This document shows positions 6,912 to 17,672 of a stretch of DNA of 26,544 nucleotides, in pieces (position 1 is the first letter of the stretch; the number at the start of each line of letters is the position of its first letter). This DNA is from Tubiluchus corallicola (Eukaryota; Animalia; Priapulida): contig JAQGDQ010002425.1 in assembly GCA_030141605.1 (NCBI GenBank), forward strand, positions 1 through 26,544, in the 5' to 3' direction. The notes beneath the pieces were generated by a model. That model had not been told where the DNA came from, made no database searches, and worked only from the letters and a program-made list of their open reading frames with translations. The position numbers were made by a program, and so were the translations under genes.

Positions 6912-8471
6912 TTATCTCAACCACATAGGTATTGAGTCGTTCTCAATCCATTTTTCAATTCTTTTATCCAAGTTATCACCTTCCCATTTAGAAGTTCCTG
7001 CAGGTAAAGCATCGTGTTTAGGAAGCCACTTTTTATGGTCTTCAATAATTTTAGCATATTGTGGATTAATAGCTAAGTTAATATGCTCTCCCGGGTCTGT
7101 TTGATGATTGTATAATTCTTCTGTTCCGTCTCGATATTGAATATACCTCCAATTTTGACTTCTGACTGAATGGTTTTTATAATACCACGTGCTTAATACA
7201 GGTTTATCCCATTTCATATTAGGGTTTTTAATAAGTGCTGCAAGGCTTTTGCCTTCTAATTTTTCTACTTTTGGGAGGTTGCACAACTCAACCAATGTAG
7301 GATATACTTCTAATAGGCTTACGGGCTTGTCATTTTTAACTCCTTTTTTTGAGCCAGGGAGTTTGAAAAATAATGGCACTTTAGTTGCCTCTTCCCAAAG
7401 GGCTTGTTTTCTCCATGTTTTTTTCTCTCCCATATGCTGGCCGTGATCGGACCATAGTACTACAATGGTGTTGTCTGCATATTTGCTATTTTCAAAGGCT
7501 TTAAGTACTTTTCCCACTTGGTCGTCAACAAATGAAATGCAGGCGAGGTAAGCATAAACTAATTCTTTCCAATAGGTATCACTAAGGTTTTCTACTGCAT
7601 AATGGTCTCCCATCTCTATTTTACCAACTGCTATTGATTTGCCCATAAGGGGAATATCCGACATTTCATTATCTGGCACTTCGGGAATAATAGTTTTATC
7701 TAAGTCATATAGTTCGAAATACTCCTTAGGGGCAGTGTAGGGAACGTGTGGACGAACAAAGCCAACAGCTAGAAAAAAAGGCTTTTCGTGGGTTTCTTGT
7801 AGTTTGCTAACAGCCCATTCAGCTATTAATTCATCAAACATTTTCCCACCCGGCATATCCTCCCGCTCCAAAGCACCCCAACACAGTGAGTGTCCTTGCT
7901 TAATATTATAGTGGTTTACTATTTGGCTTCCTTCTTTTGGGAAGGGATAAAATTTTGTGCCTCCATAACCGTCTCCTCTGTCTTTTAAATCTTTTGGAAC
8001 TTTATAGTTAGGGGCTATTTCATCCCAAAAGTCATCGGTCTTATCCTTATAGTCTGTTACTCCTTGATGAAATATCTTACCCACAGCCATAGTTTTGTAG
8101 CCATTGTCTTTAAAATACTGTGGTAACATTTTGTGCTCTCCCATTACTTGTTCATAGGTCTTACGCATAGCAGCAATTGAAGCATACCAGCCTGACGAGG
8201 AAGGGTGAATACCACTAAGCAAAGAGTTGCGCGATGCTGTACAAACAGCTTGCGAACAAAACGCATTGGTAAATAGCGTTCCTTGTTCAAAAAGCTTGTC
8301 AAGATGAGGGGTTTTTACTTGAGGATGACCATTTAAAGCACCTACCCAGTCATTTAGGTCATCAATAGCAATAAATAGCACGTTGGGGCTGCCTGTTTGC
8401 TCTTTTTGACGGCATCCAAAACTATAAAAAGCTACTACTAACGAAAAAATTACTAAACGTTTTAAGTTCAT
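6912..8471 (-). CDS. Sulfatase (formylglycine-dependent S1 family, iduronate-2-sulfatase/choline-sulfatase-like), lipoprotein
   Basis: PNVLFIAIDDL, catalytic CTASR (CxAxR) motif, VGKIFH, GFVRPHVPY, WSDHG; lipobox-like SFG-C. Confidence 0.93.
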   Translation of the reverse strand: MNLKRLVIFSLVVAFYSFGCRQKEQTGSPNVLFIAIDDLNDWVGALNGHPQVKTPHLDKLFEQGTLFTNAFCSQAVCTASRNSLLSGIHPSSSGWYASIAAMRKTYEQVMGEHKMLPQYFKDNGYKTMAVGKIFHQGVTDYKDKTDDFWDEIAPNYKVPKDLKDRGDGYGGTKFYPFPKEGSQIVNHYNIKQGHSLCWGALEREDMPGGKMFDELIAEWAVSKLQETHEKPFFLAVGFVRPHVPYTAPKEYFELYDLDKTIIPEVPDNEMSDIPLMGKSIAVGKIEMGDHYAVENLSDTYWKELVYAYLACISFVDDQVGKVLKAFENSKYADNTIVVLWSDHGQHMGEKKTWRKQALWEEATKVPLFFKLPGSKKGVKNDKPVSLLEVYPTLVELCNLPKVEKLEGKSLAALIKNPNMKWDKPVLSTWYYKNHSVRSQNWRYIQYRDGTEELYNHQTDPGEHINLAINPQYAKIIEDHKKWLPKHDALPAGTSKWEGDNLDKRIEKWIENDSIPMWLR

Positions 8472-8575
8472 TTTCTTTTTGTAAGATTAAATTCAACAAA
8501 AGGCATAAATTATTATATAAATTTGGCAGTTATTCTTTCATAATAAGTATTGTAATTAGAAAGAGGTAGTTGCTT

Positions 8576-9913
8576 TTAAAAATTGCTTTCGTCATTTATG
8601 AGAAGTAGCTCAAACCTGTCAAAGAAAATTCTATAATCTACACCAACAAGGCAATTTTCGGAGTTTTCTAAACACCACTTAGGGTATAGCACTATGCAGT
8701 CCAAATCGTTTCTTTGAGATGGAGATAGACTATTTGCATCTTCATTTTCCCAGTTGCCTGTATCAGAAAAATCAAAATCCACTTCTATCCACTTGTCGAC
8801 ATCTTCACCAGATATTTCTGCTACTACATAAACTTCATCTGATGTATAGTCTCCTGTAGGATGATTGCCTCTATTTTGTAGTGCCAATTTTATATAATAT
8901 GGAGAGGGTGCTGTAATACCATGACCGTTCTCATTTTTCTCATCCATATAAACTAAGATTCTAAATTTATTTTGAAGAGATAAATCGAATTTGCCATTAG
9001 AACCTTCAAGTACATTATGTTCGTGTAGTTCTAATCTTACGAAAGCGGCATCTCCAGAAGCACTCTTACTCGCAGTAATTCTTGCTCCTATTTTATCCCC
9101 ATCAGGCATTGCAGGTATTCCTCTTTTTTGTGGAATGTCTTCTGCTGCATTCATCCCGCAATTTTCTAATTTCCAATCTCCACAAGAACCGCCTGCTGAA
9201 TGCCAGCCTTCCCCTCCATCTATACTGGTGTAAATTGGTTCGCTTCCTCCATCTAAATTATATTTAAGGTGAATAAAAAATATAGGTTTAATATCTTCAA
9301 TAACTACTTGCTGTTCCTTTACAACACTATCTACCGCTGCATAGGCTACTATCCTTATATCGTATTCGCCACTTTCTGTATAATGGTGTCTGTAAGTAAG
9401 TACACTTTCAAGTTCTTTGTTGTGTAGGTTAACGATAGTATTATCTCCAAAGTACATTTTATATAGCTGTACATCTTCCCCTTTTAAGTCGAGGAAAACC
9501 ATTCCTACGGATGAATATATGGTAGGAGTTATTTCTACATTTGAAGGAGCTTTTGCTCCTACTTTTACATTTAAGTCCATTACAATGGTATCTCTGGTGC
9601 TTGGTCCATAGCCTATTAGCATAGGGTTGCGGGTATGGTGTCCCCAGTTCTTGTAAGTGTATTCTATTTCATTGCCTTCTGTTGTTTCTGTAACATCATC
9701 TTCATCAGGGTAAAACCTATAAAGATGTATGTTTTCTCCTTCGAAAGTAAATTTTACCTTACCGTCTTTTTCTTCACCTACTATTTGAGCTTCAAATTTG
9801 GTAATGTTAGGGTTGCCGGGGTTGGGTGGGTTTGCATAGTCATCCTTATCGCATCCTGCTATAAGTGTAACAAATAGACTGCATAATGATAAATACAATT
9901 TTATATTTTTCAT
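8576..9913 (-). CDS. PUL-associated surface lipoprotein (PKD/Ig-like stalk, probable C-terminal carbohydrate-binding domain)
   Basis: Lipobox IAG-C-DKDD; PKD-like YFGD...HHYTESGEYDIRIVAY; CBM-like end DKWIEVDFDFS...IFFDRFEL; lies downstream of SusCD. Confidence 0.65.
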   Translation of the reverse strand: MKNIKLYLSLCSLFVTLIAGCDKDDYANPPNPGNPNITKFEAQIVGEEKDGKVKFTFEGENIHLYRFYPDEDDVTETTEGNEIEYTYKNWGHHTRNPMLIGYGPSTRDTIVMDLNVKVGAKAPSNVEITPTIYSSVGMVFLDLKGEDVQLYKMYFGDNTIVNLHNKELESVLTYRHHYTESGEYDIRIVAYAAVDSVVKEQQVVIEDIKPIFFIHLKYNLDGGSEPIYTSIDGGEGWHSAGGSCGDWKLENCGMNAAEDIPQKRGIPAMPDGDKIGARITASKSASGDAAFVRLELHEHNVLEGSNGKFDLSLQNKFRILVYMDEKNENGHGITAPSPYYIKLALQNRGNHPTGDYTSDEVYVVAEISGEDVDKWIEVDFDFSDTGNWENEDANSLSPSQRNDLDCIVLYPKWCLENSENCLVGVDYRIFFDRFELLLINDESNF

Positions 9914-9941
9914 AATTCTTTATTTTTTTCTATATAAACAT

Positions 9942-11532
9942 CTATTGCTTTTGCTTTTCAAAAGCACCTATGTCAATAACATCAACAGGCACAGTTTCAC
10001 CTGCATAATCTTTTAGCACATTGTCTTGTATTTCCTTCCCTGCATCAATAGCGGGTGAGCCTTCGTTTAGTTGAAATCTATATGCTCCTTCTACACCAAA
10101 GCTAAATGAAGGGTCTTCTTGTGTTATTGCCTGTGGTGGGTATGTTAGTGCCTCCTCCATTTTTGTAGTAAAATATATTATTGTCAAATGTATTGTTAGT
10201 GCTATTACCTTCATTGTTAAAGAGGTCGCAAGCCACTTCTGAGTAAAAAATATTGTTGTAATATTCTGTATTGTCAGAAGTTCCACTCCAACTTTTATGA
10301 TAAACCATTCCTAAGTCCATCTTATCTTCTAAAGTAGCATCCGTATAAAACACATTATTATGTATAAGAGTGTTAGTAGCCAATCCTGATGTGCGAACAA
10401 TGTGGGCTTTGTTATTAGCAAATACATTGTATCTGACGATAGTTCCATCATTAAATGGTGCGGTAGTAAGGTTGGAGGGTCCACCCGTTATAAGTATGCC
10501 CCCGTGTTCGTTATCGTGAGAGTAGTTGTATTGAAAGATAGTTCCTTTTGAGCGATAATCACTATCGAACCCACCAGCATCGTTATCTTCGCCCGTTACA
10601 TTTTTCGTAAAGCGAGCTTCATTGTATTGCCAAAGAGCATCGTCTGTGTTGAACGAAAAACTGGCATTGCCTGTGGTAAGTGAGCCACAACTATCGAACA
10701 GATTGTGCTCTATCAGAGGAGATTTCGCAACTCTTAGTATCAGTCCGTTGCCTCCTATTTTTTCAAAGCGATTGTTGCGTATTACTACATTAAGGCTAGG
10801 TGTCCAATCACCACCATCGGTAAAGGTTCTGCTCGACCAAGAGGATTTATTGGTCATACCCGATTGCTCTACATTGTGTATGTGGCAACCTTCTACGACC
10901 AAACCATTAAAATAAGTGGGTTTTTTACTTCCTTTTATTTCAATGAATATACCTCCGTTTTCTTTGCCTGCGTGAAACTCATCGCCAGAAACTCCGTAAA
11001 AACCATTTACATCATATATTTCCAAGCCTTTTAGGTGAATATGATTAACTTCTCCCATATCTTCTGCTATAATGTGAACTCCTACTCTCAACTCGTTCTC
11101 CGTTGTTCTTTCTTCTCCTTTATTGGTGATTTTCAGGTTTCTCAATTCAAAATATTCGGTGTTTTCCAGTTTAACAGTAAAAGGGCGTTTGCCGTTACCA
11201 TTTAAGAGGGGTTTTTCACCTTCTCCATATCTATCTATTACAATGGGGTTGTCTTTTTCTCCTTTTCCTTCTGGGACAATAACTCCATCCCAAACTCCTC
11301 CTGATTTTAGTAATATTTTATCCCCCGGCTGAAAAGTAAGCCTATTGATATTTGTTATTGTTTTCCACGCTTTTTCGGAAGATTCTCCTGTGTTGTTATC
11401 ATCTCCATTTTTGTCATCTATATAATAGGTCCCTTCTTTGTTGTTTGTAGGAGGTATGTCATTTCTCTCGTTATCCTTTTTACAAGAAGTGAATAAAAGG
11501 ACACTTGCTGCTATAAATATTATGTTTTTCAT
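9942..11532 (-). pseudogene. Right-handed parallel beta-helix lipoprotein (lyase/hydrolase-like), frameshifted near the C-terminus
   Basis: 10102-11532 has lipobox FTS-C, TYYIDDKNGDDNN..AWKTI..PGDKILLK and beta-helix repeats. The usual C-terminal cap (DPSF...FQLNEGSPAIDAG...DIGAFE) lies in the next frame of ORF 9942-10286. Shift near 10120-10135; could be a sequencing error. Confidence 0.82.
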
Positions 11533-11552
11533 AATTTATATTGTCTGTTGTA

Positions 11553-13103
11553 CTAATAACCTGGATTTTGAGGGTAACCTTTCATTAGTATTAACTCACT
11601 GTCAGGTATTGGCCAAGTTGTATTATAGTCTTGTATATAGTCTCTGCCCAGTCTACTAGATTCAATATGGTCAAAGCCCGCATAGTTTTTAACTTGTTCT
11701 ACTAGCTTTTCTATTCTTTTCAGGAAGAACCATCTTTGTCCTTCAAAAGCTAACTCTCTGGCTCTCTCGTCCATTATATGCTGCTCTGTTACTGTTTCCA
11801 AATCACTTATCCCTGCTCTTGTTCTCACTTTGTTAATGTGTTCTACTGCCTTGTCGTTATTGTCATTCCTCATATAAGCTTCTGCGGCTATTAAGTGTGT
11901 TTCTGCCAGCCTATATATGATTATGTCTGCAAATCCTTCTCTATTATCGTCGGGCATATTTGGGTCGTAACTTTTCCACAAGCTTATAGCCATATTTTGA
12001 AAATCAATAGGATTTTCTTCTATTGTTATTTTTAGGGTATCCCCTAAATCTGTATTGTCAGGTAAGTTACTGGGGTCATTATAAATGAAAAAATCTCTAT
12101 AATAATCATCGTATCTCTTATCGTTTGTTTGGTCATACAATCCTAATAGATAGTTATTAGGCATTGCCCACCCAAGGGGATAACCTCCTTGAGCTGCTTC
12201 TGGTATCATTCCATTCATCCTGTAGTAACGGGTTGCAAAAGAGTAAAAGAAGTTGTTTGTAGAACCTCCTCCTAGTTGTTGATTTTCAAAATCAAACTGG
12301 ATAGCATAGAGGGTTTCATTGTGGTTTCTTTCGCCAGTATATTTACCAAATACGATGTCGGTGTCAAGTAACTGAAAATTACCACTATTTACAATTGCTT
12401 CGCAGTGTTCTATTGCAGCAGTCCAGTCTTTTTGCCACATAGCTGCTTTGGCTCTTATGTGTCTTGCCGATGCTTGGGTATGTTTTCCCGGTAGGTCTGT
12501 CCATTCTAAGTGTTCTATGGCAAAATCCAAGTCGCTATTAATCAATTCGAAAACATCTTCTGACTTGGCTGGACGATATTCTGTATTAGGGTTTACTGCT
12601 GCTTCTGGCGTAAAAGGTTCAGTGGTTAGGTATATATTGTCGAAAAGACGTATTAAAGTAAAATAAGCTTGTGCTCTGTGGCATTTAGCTTCTGCCAATA
12701 TTTGGTTTCTTTCATCTTCGCTCATACTCACATCAGGTACAGCTTTTATAATACCATTTGCTCGTTCTATAAGTCTATAGTTAAGTGGCCAAAGGCTACT
12801 GGCTGCTGCAAAATTTATTGGATTATATCTTACTGGGTTATAATTTCGTTCGTATGAATACCCTCCTCTTGGTGCTGCAATGTCTGTTATAACTCTAACA
12901 ATAGTGAAATTTTTTGTGTTATTGGTTCTTGCCATACTTCTTTCTCTATTGTAAAGACTTACAACGTGGGCTTTTAAGCCTTCTACTGTTGTATAGGTAA
13001 AGCTGTTATCCACTTCGGTAGGGTGTGTCTCTTCCAGCCATTTTTGACAGCTACTCGATGAGAAGATGAGTATTATAGAATATATAAATATTTTATTTTT
13101 CAT
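11553..13103 (-). CDS. susD: RagB/SusD family lipoprotein
   Basis: Lipobox SSS-C; AEAKCHRAQAYFTLIRLF; YRLAETHLIAAEA; ERARELAFEGQRWFFLKR; QNPGY end. Confidence 0.95.
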   Translation of the reverse strand: MKNKIFIYSIILIFSSSSCQKWLEETHPTEVDNSFTYTTVEGLKAHVVSLYNRERSMARTNNTKNFTIVRVITDIAAPRGGYSYERNYNPVRYNPINFAAASSLWPLNYRLIERANGIIKAVPDVSMSEDERNQILAEAKCHRAQAYFTLIRLFDNIYLTTEPFTPEAAVNPNTEYRPAKSEDVFELINSDLDFAIEHLEWTDLPGKHTQASARHIRAKAAMWQKDWTAAIEHCEAIVNSGNFQLLDTDIVFGKYTGERNHNETLYAIQFDFENQQLGGGSTNNFFYSFATRYYRMNGMIPEAAQGGYPLGWAMPNNYLLGLYDQTNDKRYDDYYRDFFIYNDPSNLPDNTDLGDTLKITIEENPIDFQNMAISLWKSYDPNMPDDNREGFADIIIYRLAETHLIAAEAYMRNDNNDKAVEHINKVRTRAGISDLETVTEQHIMDERARELAFEGQRWFFLKRIEKLVEQVKNYAGFDHIESSRLGRDYIQDYNTTWPIPDSELILMKGYPQNPGY

Positions 13104-13133
13104 TATTTATGGTTCTTTAAATTATAAGATATT

Positions 13134-16111
13134 TTACAAGAAAGTAACTTTTATACCAAAATTATAAGTAAATGCTTCTGGGTAGCTATTGGGGTTTCGC
13201 TCAGGACTATATGAGGAGAAGTTCATCCATGTAAATGGGTTGGTTACTGAGGTATATACTCTAAGATTTTTAATTCTATAAGGATTCAACCACTTTTCTG
13301 GGAAGGTATAGCCCAATACCATCGATCTTAATCTTATATAAGATGATTCTTCATAGGCAGTAAGTCTTAAATCAGCGGGCGTGGCATTGTTAGTAGGTTT
13401 TGGTGCTGTGTTGGATGGGTTTTCGGGTGTCCAGTAGTCCCGTTTCAATCCATTACTAATACCTCTTATATCACCTCCATATGCACCTTCGTGTAGGTAA
13501 GGGTTTAGTCTCATAAGATTTTGAACGGTATAGAGTTCGGCTGAAAAGTCAAGGTTTTTATAATTTATATTAAGTAAAAGAGACCCAATCCAGTCTGGCA
13601 CTCTGCTTCTTAATACTCTATCAGCTTCTGTTATTTCTCCATCTCCATTTACATCTTTTCGTCTGATATCGCCAGGTCTTGCAGTAGGTGTATGCGAGTT
13701 TTCTATATCGTCGTTTTCTTGCCATATTCCATCAAACACAAAATCGTAATAATTGTTAACAGGCTCTCCTACAATAAGCCAGTTGTTGTATTTCCACCTG
13801 GTATTGTGTCTACTTCACCATAGAGTTCTTTTACTTTGTTTCTATTGAGTGTGAAAATTGGTGTAAGTGATATGCGAAGGTCTTTGTTATCTATAATATG
13901 TCCTGTTACAGATAGTTCTATTCCTTGATTCTCTATTCTGCCAACATTGTCCAGCATAGATGAATATCCGCTTATTCCAGGGAGACTCCTACTTATTAAC
14001 AAGTCGGAAGTTTGATTGTTGTAATACTCAAAACTTCCTTGCACACGTCCTTTCAATAGTCCGAAGTCAAGCCCCACATTAAGCATAGTAGATGTTTCCC
14101 ATTTTAAATCGGGGTTAGGCATTTGTGTGCCGGGAGAAAATCCTGCTTGTATGTCATCTCCAAAGATATAATAGAGTTGGCTGGCTGTTCCTATACTCTG
14201 ATAAGGGCTGATAGCTTCGTTACCTGTTTGTCCGTAACTTATTCTTGTTTTTAATTGGCTAAGCCACGAAACATCTTTCAAAAAATCTTCTTGATGAGCA
14301 TTCCAGCCTATTGCTGCCGAAGGGAAGTAGCCCCATTTATTATTAGCTCCAAAAACAGAGGAAGCGTCTGCCCTTGCTGTAAGTGTTAATATATACTTGT
14401 TGTCATAATTGTATCTTGCTCTACCCATAAAGGAAAGAAGCCTCCTTTGTGTCTCGCTTCTGCTAATAGTTTGTGTTTCTGCTCCTGCTATACCCTTCCA
14501 TCCTAATAAATCGTTGGGAAATCCAAAAGCCTCGTTGGTAGTTCGCCCCCAATGACGTTCGATGATACTATGTACTCCTGTGAAATCTATTTGGTGTTTG
14601 TTGATTTTTTTATCATAAGTGAGTATGTTTTCTATCATCCCTTCTCTAAAGTCACTAGTAGAATGAGTGGCTTCGCCATTTGAGCCTCTACCATTTTGTG
14701 ATAAGGAAGATTCGTATTCTCCAGCAACTTCATTCGATGTTCTCCAACTAGCATTTAAACGGTATTTTACGTCAAATGGCAGCCTTGCATCAAAAAAGAC
14801 GTTGTAAGTACCTTTGTGCAAAACAGATTCTCTGTCTGTTTCTTCAATGTTGATAAAGGGATTAAAGTGAGTCGCTTCTCCTGCTACAAAAGTTAATAAA
14901 TTACCATTGTCATCATATTTTTTTGCTATAGGAGGGGTGATAAAAGTATTGAGTCGCGAGGTTTCTCTTTCTCTATATCCTACGTAATAGTAAAAGTTGA
15001 CTCCCATATCTAACCAATCATTTACTTTTTGGTCTACATTTAAACGAAAGTTATAACGTTCGTAGTTAGATTTGGGCAATACTCCTTCGTTGTTGAAATA
15101 CCCTAAGCTGAATCCTATTTTAGTAATGTCTGTTCCACCTCTTATATTTATGTCGTGTTGTGTTACTATAGTATTTTTTCGCAATATTTCATCTTCCCAG
15201 TCAATAAACTGTCCTGATTCTAAAACATCTAACATTAGTGCACTAAATATTTCTTCATCGGGTCTATATGCTCCGCCATTATCTGTTCTATATGCTTCCC
15301 TTCTTAGCTGGGCGTATTCGTATCCATTGTATATGTCAAAGTTTCTGTTTACTGCATTCTGAAAACCTACATAACTATTGTAGGTTACTTGTGTTTCACC
15401 TTCTTTGCCTCTATTGGTGGTGATAAGGATAACACCATTGGCAGCTCTTGCTCCATAAATGGCTTGCGATGATGCGTCTTTTAATACTTCTAATGATTCT
15501 ATATCGCTGGGGTTCACATCGTTGATATTGCTTATGGGAACTCCATCTACAATGATGAGAGGGTCGTTGCCGCCAGATAAGGAGCTTTGCCCTCGGATAA
15601 GTATATCGGATGAACCTCCCGGTGAGGCACTACCTACAGTAACTTGTACCCCTGCTGCTCTTCCTCTAAGCATTTCTCCTACGTCGGTAGTGGGTATCTT
15701 TTGCATCTCCTCTGCCTCAACAGATGAAATAGCACTTACGATGTTGCTTCTCGATTGTGTTCCGTATCCTACTACTACCAGCTCGTCCAATAGTAGGGCA
15801 TCAGTAGATAAATGCACATTGATTATTATTCTTCCTTCTACGTTTATTTCTTGGGTCTTGTATCCTATGTATGAGAAAACGAGTACAGGAGACTTTATAT
15901 TCTCATTTATTCTAATAGTATATGATCCATTTATGTCGGAGATTGTACCTATTGAGGTACCCCTTATGGTTATGTTTACTCCCGGTAAAGTTTCATCGTT
16001 ATTATCTTTGTCAAATACCCTACCTGTAATTGTGTATTGCGAGAAAGTACTTGAAAAACAAAAGAAACTAATGATAAAAATGTAAAATGCTTTTTTTGCG
16101 AATGGTAACAT
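13134..16111 (-). pseudogene. susC: SusC/RagA TonB-dependent transporter split by a frameshift
   Basis: 13769-16111 carries the N-terminal carboxypeptidase-like domain, plug (IESLEVLKDASSQAIYGARAANGVILITT) and NPDLKWET. The natural continuation YNNWLIVGEPVNNYYDFVFDGIWQ...PGDIRRKDVNGDG..., ending GIKVTFL, lies in another frame from ~13795. Pseudogene or assembly error. Confidence 0.88.
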
Positions 16112-16143
16112 ATTGTTCGTAAAGATTAGTAAGTTTTTTTACC

Positions 16144-16222
16144 GTGAACGCTCCCATATTTTTTTAAACCAAAACTTTTGTTTATTTTATTTTTGTTAAT
16201 AAAATAATATGGGGGCGTTCAC
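16144..16222. repeat. 17-bp imperfect inverted repeat in the susC leader
   Basis: gtgaacgctcccatatt (16144-16160) and aatatgggggcgttcac (16206-16222): 16/17 match with a 45-bp AT-rich spacer. Confidence 0.85.
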
Positions 16223-16234
16223 ACAACTAAATTG

Positions 16235-16265
16235 TAAATTTAGTATGTAAAAACACTTTTTGCAA
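16235..16265 (-). promoter_or_regulatory. Candidate promoter for the sulfatase PUL
   Basis: Minus strand TTG-N20-TAAATTTA, one mismatch from TAnnTTTG, just upstream of the inverted repeat. Confidence 0.4.
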
Positions 16266-16487
16266 GAAAAAAAACATTTTTTTTAACGAAATAGTTGCCA
16301 ATCTAAATTTAAAATACTTAACTTGCTGATTGTGTGCGACTTATTCTAAGGCATTTTCTCACATTGGACTCTTTGTTCCAAACCTTGAAAAGCAATTGAG
16401 TTTGACAATTATATGCAACTTTACATTAAAATATTTGGGTCAAACAAGTATATTGTTGCCAAAACTATAATACTGTACTACACCCCT

Positions 16488-17651
16488 TTATGGAGCAGCG
16501 GTGTAGTTATCAAAAATAACCTTGTAAGAATAAGAAGAAGGCGAGTAAGTTATCTTTAAGGTTATATCATATTCTCCTGCTGCTATACAGGCGAAATTAC
16601 CTTCATCTGCTTCTTCTATATTACTTGTTTTGTCTTCTAGGTTAGAATTGTTTGCATTTACCTGATAAACCCAATCTTTATTAGCTCTAAACTTAAATGT
16701 GCCTATATTTAAATCTTGTTGCAAAGTATAAGTATATATATTGTCTTCTATCTGAGGATTTCCCATATCTATATCATCGTCCCAACCGTTTCCAGCAGCA
16801 CCTATTAGCGCCCAACTATGTTCGTCTGGAGCAAGCAGAGGTGCAAGGTCTCCTGTGTAGGTTGTATCTATAGTAAACTTACTTCCAGACACATCATAAT
16901 TTAAGGTAAATGTGTAACTACCTCTGCCCTCTGCTTTCATCGAAATATTTTTTCCTCCAAGAGAAAGTTCATTTATTGAACCTCCAAGATTGGTAAATGC
17001 TTTTACCTCTCCACCTACATCATCAGCTATTTCAAGATTCCAATTATCGTTATAACGAACTTTGAATTCTCCTTCGTCTAATTCGAGATTTTCTACCTTC
17101 CAAAAGGAAGTAGTACTACTCAAGCTCTCCTCAACATTAAGATCTTGGTCTGAATTCCACCCATCAGCAGTAGCGCTCCCTATTACTCCCCAAGAATTTA
17201 CTTTGTTGAGGAAATATTTTGAGGTTTGCTCATCTACTATAACTATAACGTGATAAAATCCTGTAGTTTCTACATTCATAGCATCTCCATCTTCTACAAG
17301 TGTGCCTGTAGTAAGAGTACCTGTAGTTTCTTGATCGCTTCCTCCCCATAATTGAATATCAACACCATCTTGAAACTCGAAAGAGAAACCTCCCCCTTTG
17401 GCAGTAATATATACAAACTTTTCGTACATTCCTGTGCGTAAAACAGCATTAGCATTTTCATCTACCACACCACTTTTCATTAAAGTAGCGGACGATTTTT
17501 CAGTTCTTCCTACAGAACCTCCAAGTATATGAAATCCATCCGTTACCTCAACATATACAATAGATTTTTTATTTTTTTCTGTATCGCAAGATAATAACAT
17601 AAGAAACAAAACAATTGCGACTATAGATGAAATTAAATATTTTGTTTTCAT
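16488..17651 (-). CDS. SusE/SusF-like surface glycan-binding lipoprotein
   Basis: Lipobox LLS-C. Tandem CBM-like modules WGVIGSATADGWNSD...GEFKVRYNDNW and WALIGAAGNGWDDD...FKFRANKDW...GEYDITL, typical of starch-binding SusE/F. Follows SusD. Confidence 0.85.
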   Translation of the reverse strand: MKTKYLISSIVAIVLFLMLLSCDTEKNKKSIVYVEVTDGFHILGGSVGRTEKSSATLMKSGVVDENANAVLRTGMYEKFVYITAKGGGFSFEFQDGVDIQLWGGSDQETTGTLTTGTLVEDGDAMNVETTGFYHVIVIVDEQTSKYFLNKVNSWGVIGSATADGWNSDQDLNVEESLSSTTSFWKVENLELDEGEFKVRYNDNWNLEIADDVGGEVKAFTNLGGSINELSLGGKNISMKAEGRGSYTFTLNYDVSGSKFTIDTTYTGDLAPLLAPDEHSWALIGAAGNGWDDDIDMGNPQIEDNIYTYTLQQDLNIGTFKFRANKDWVYQVNANNSNLEDKTSNIEEADEGNFACIAAGEYDITLKITYSPSSYSYKVIFDNYTAAP

Positions 17652-17672
17652 AGTATTATTGATTATATTTTT

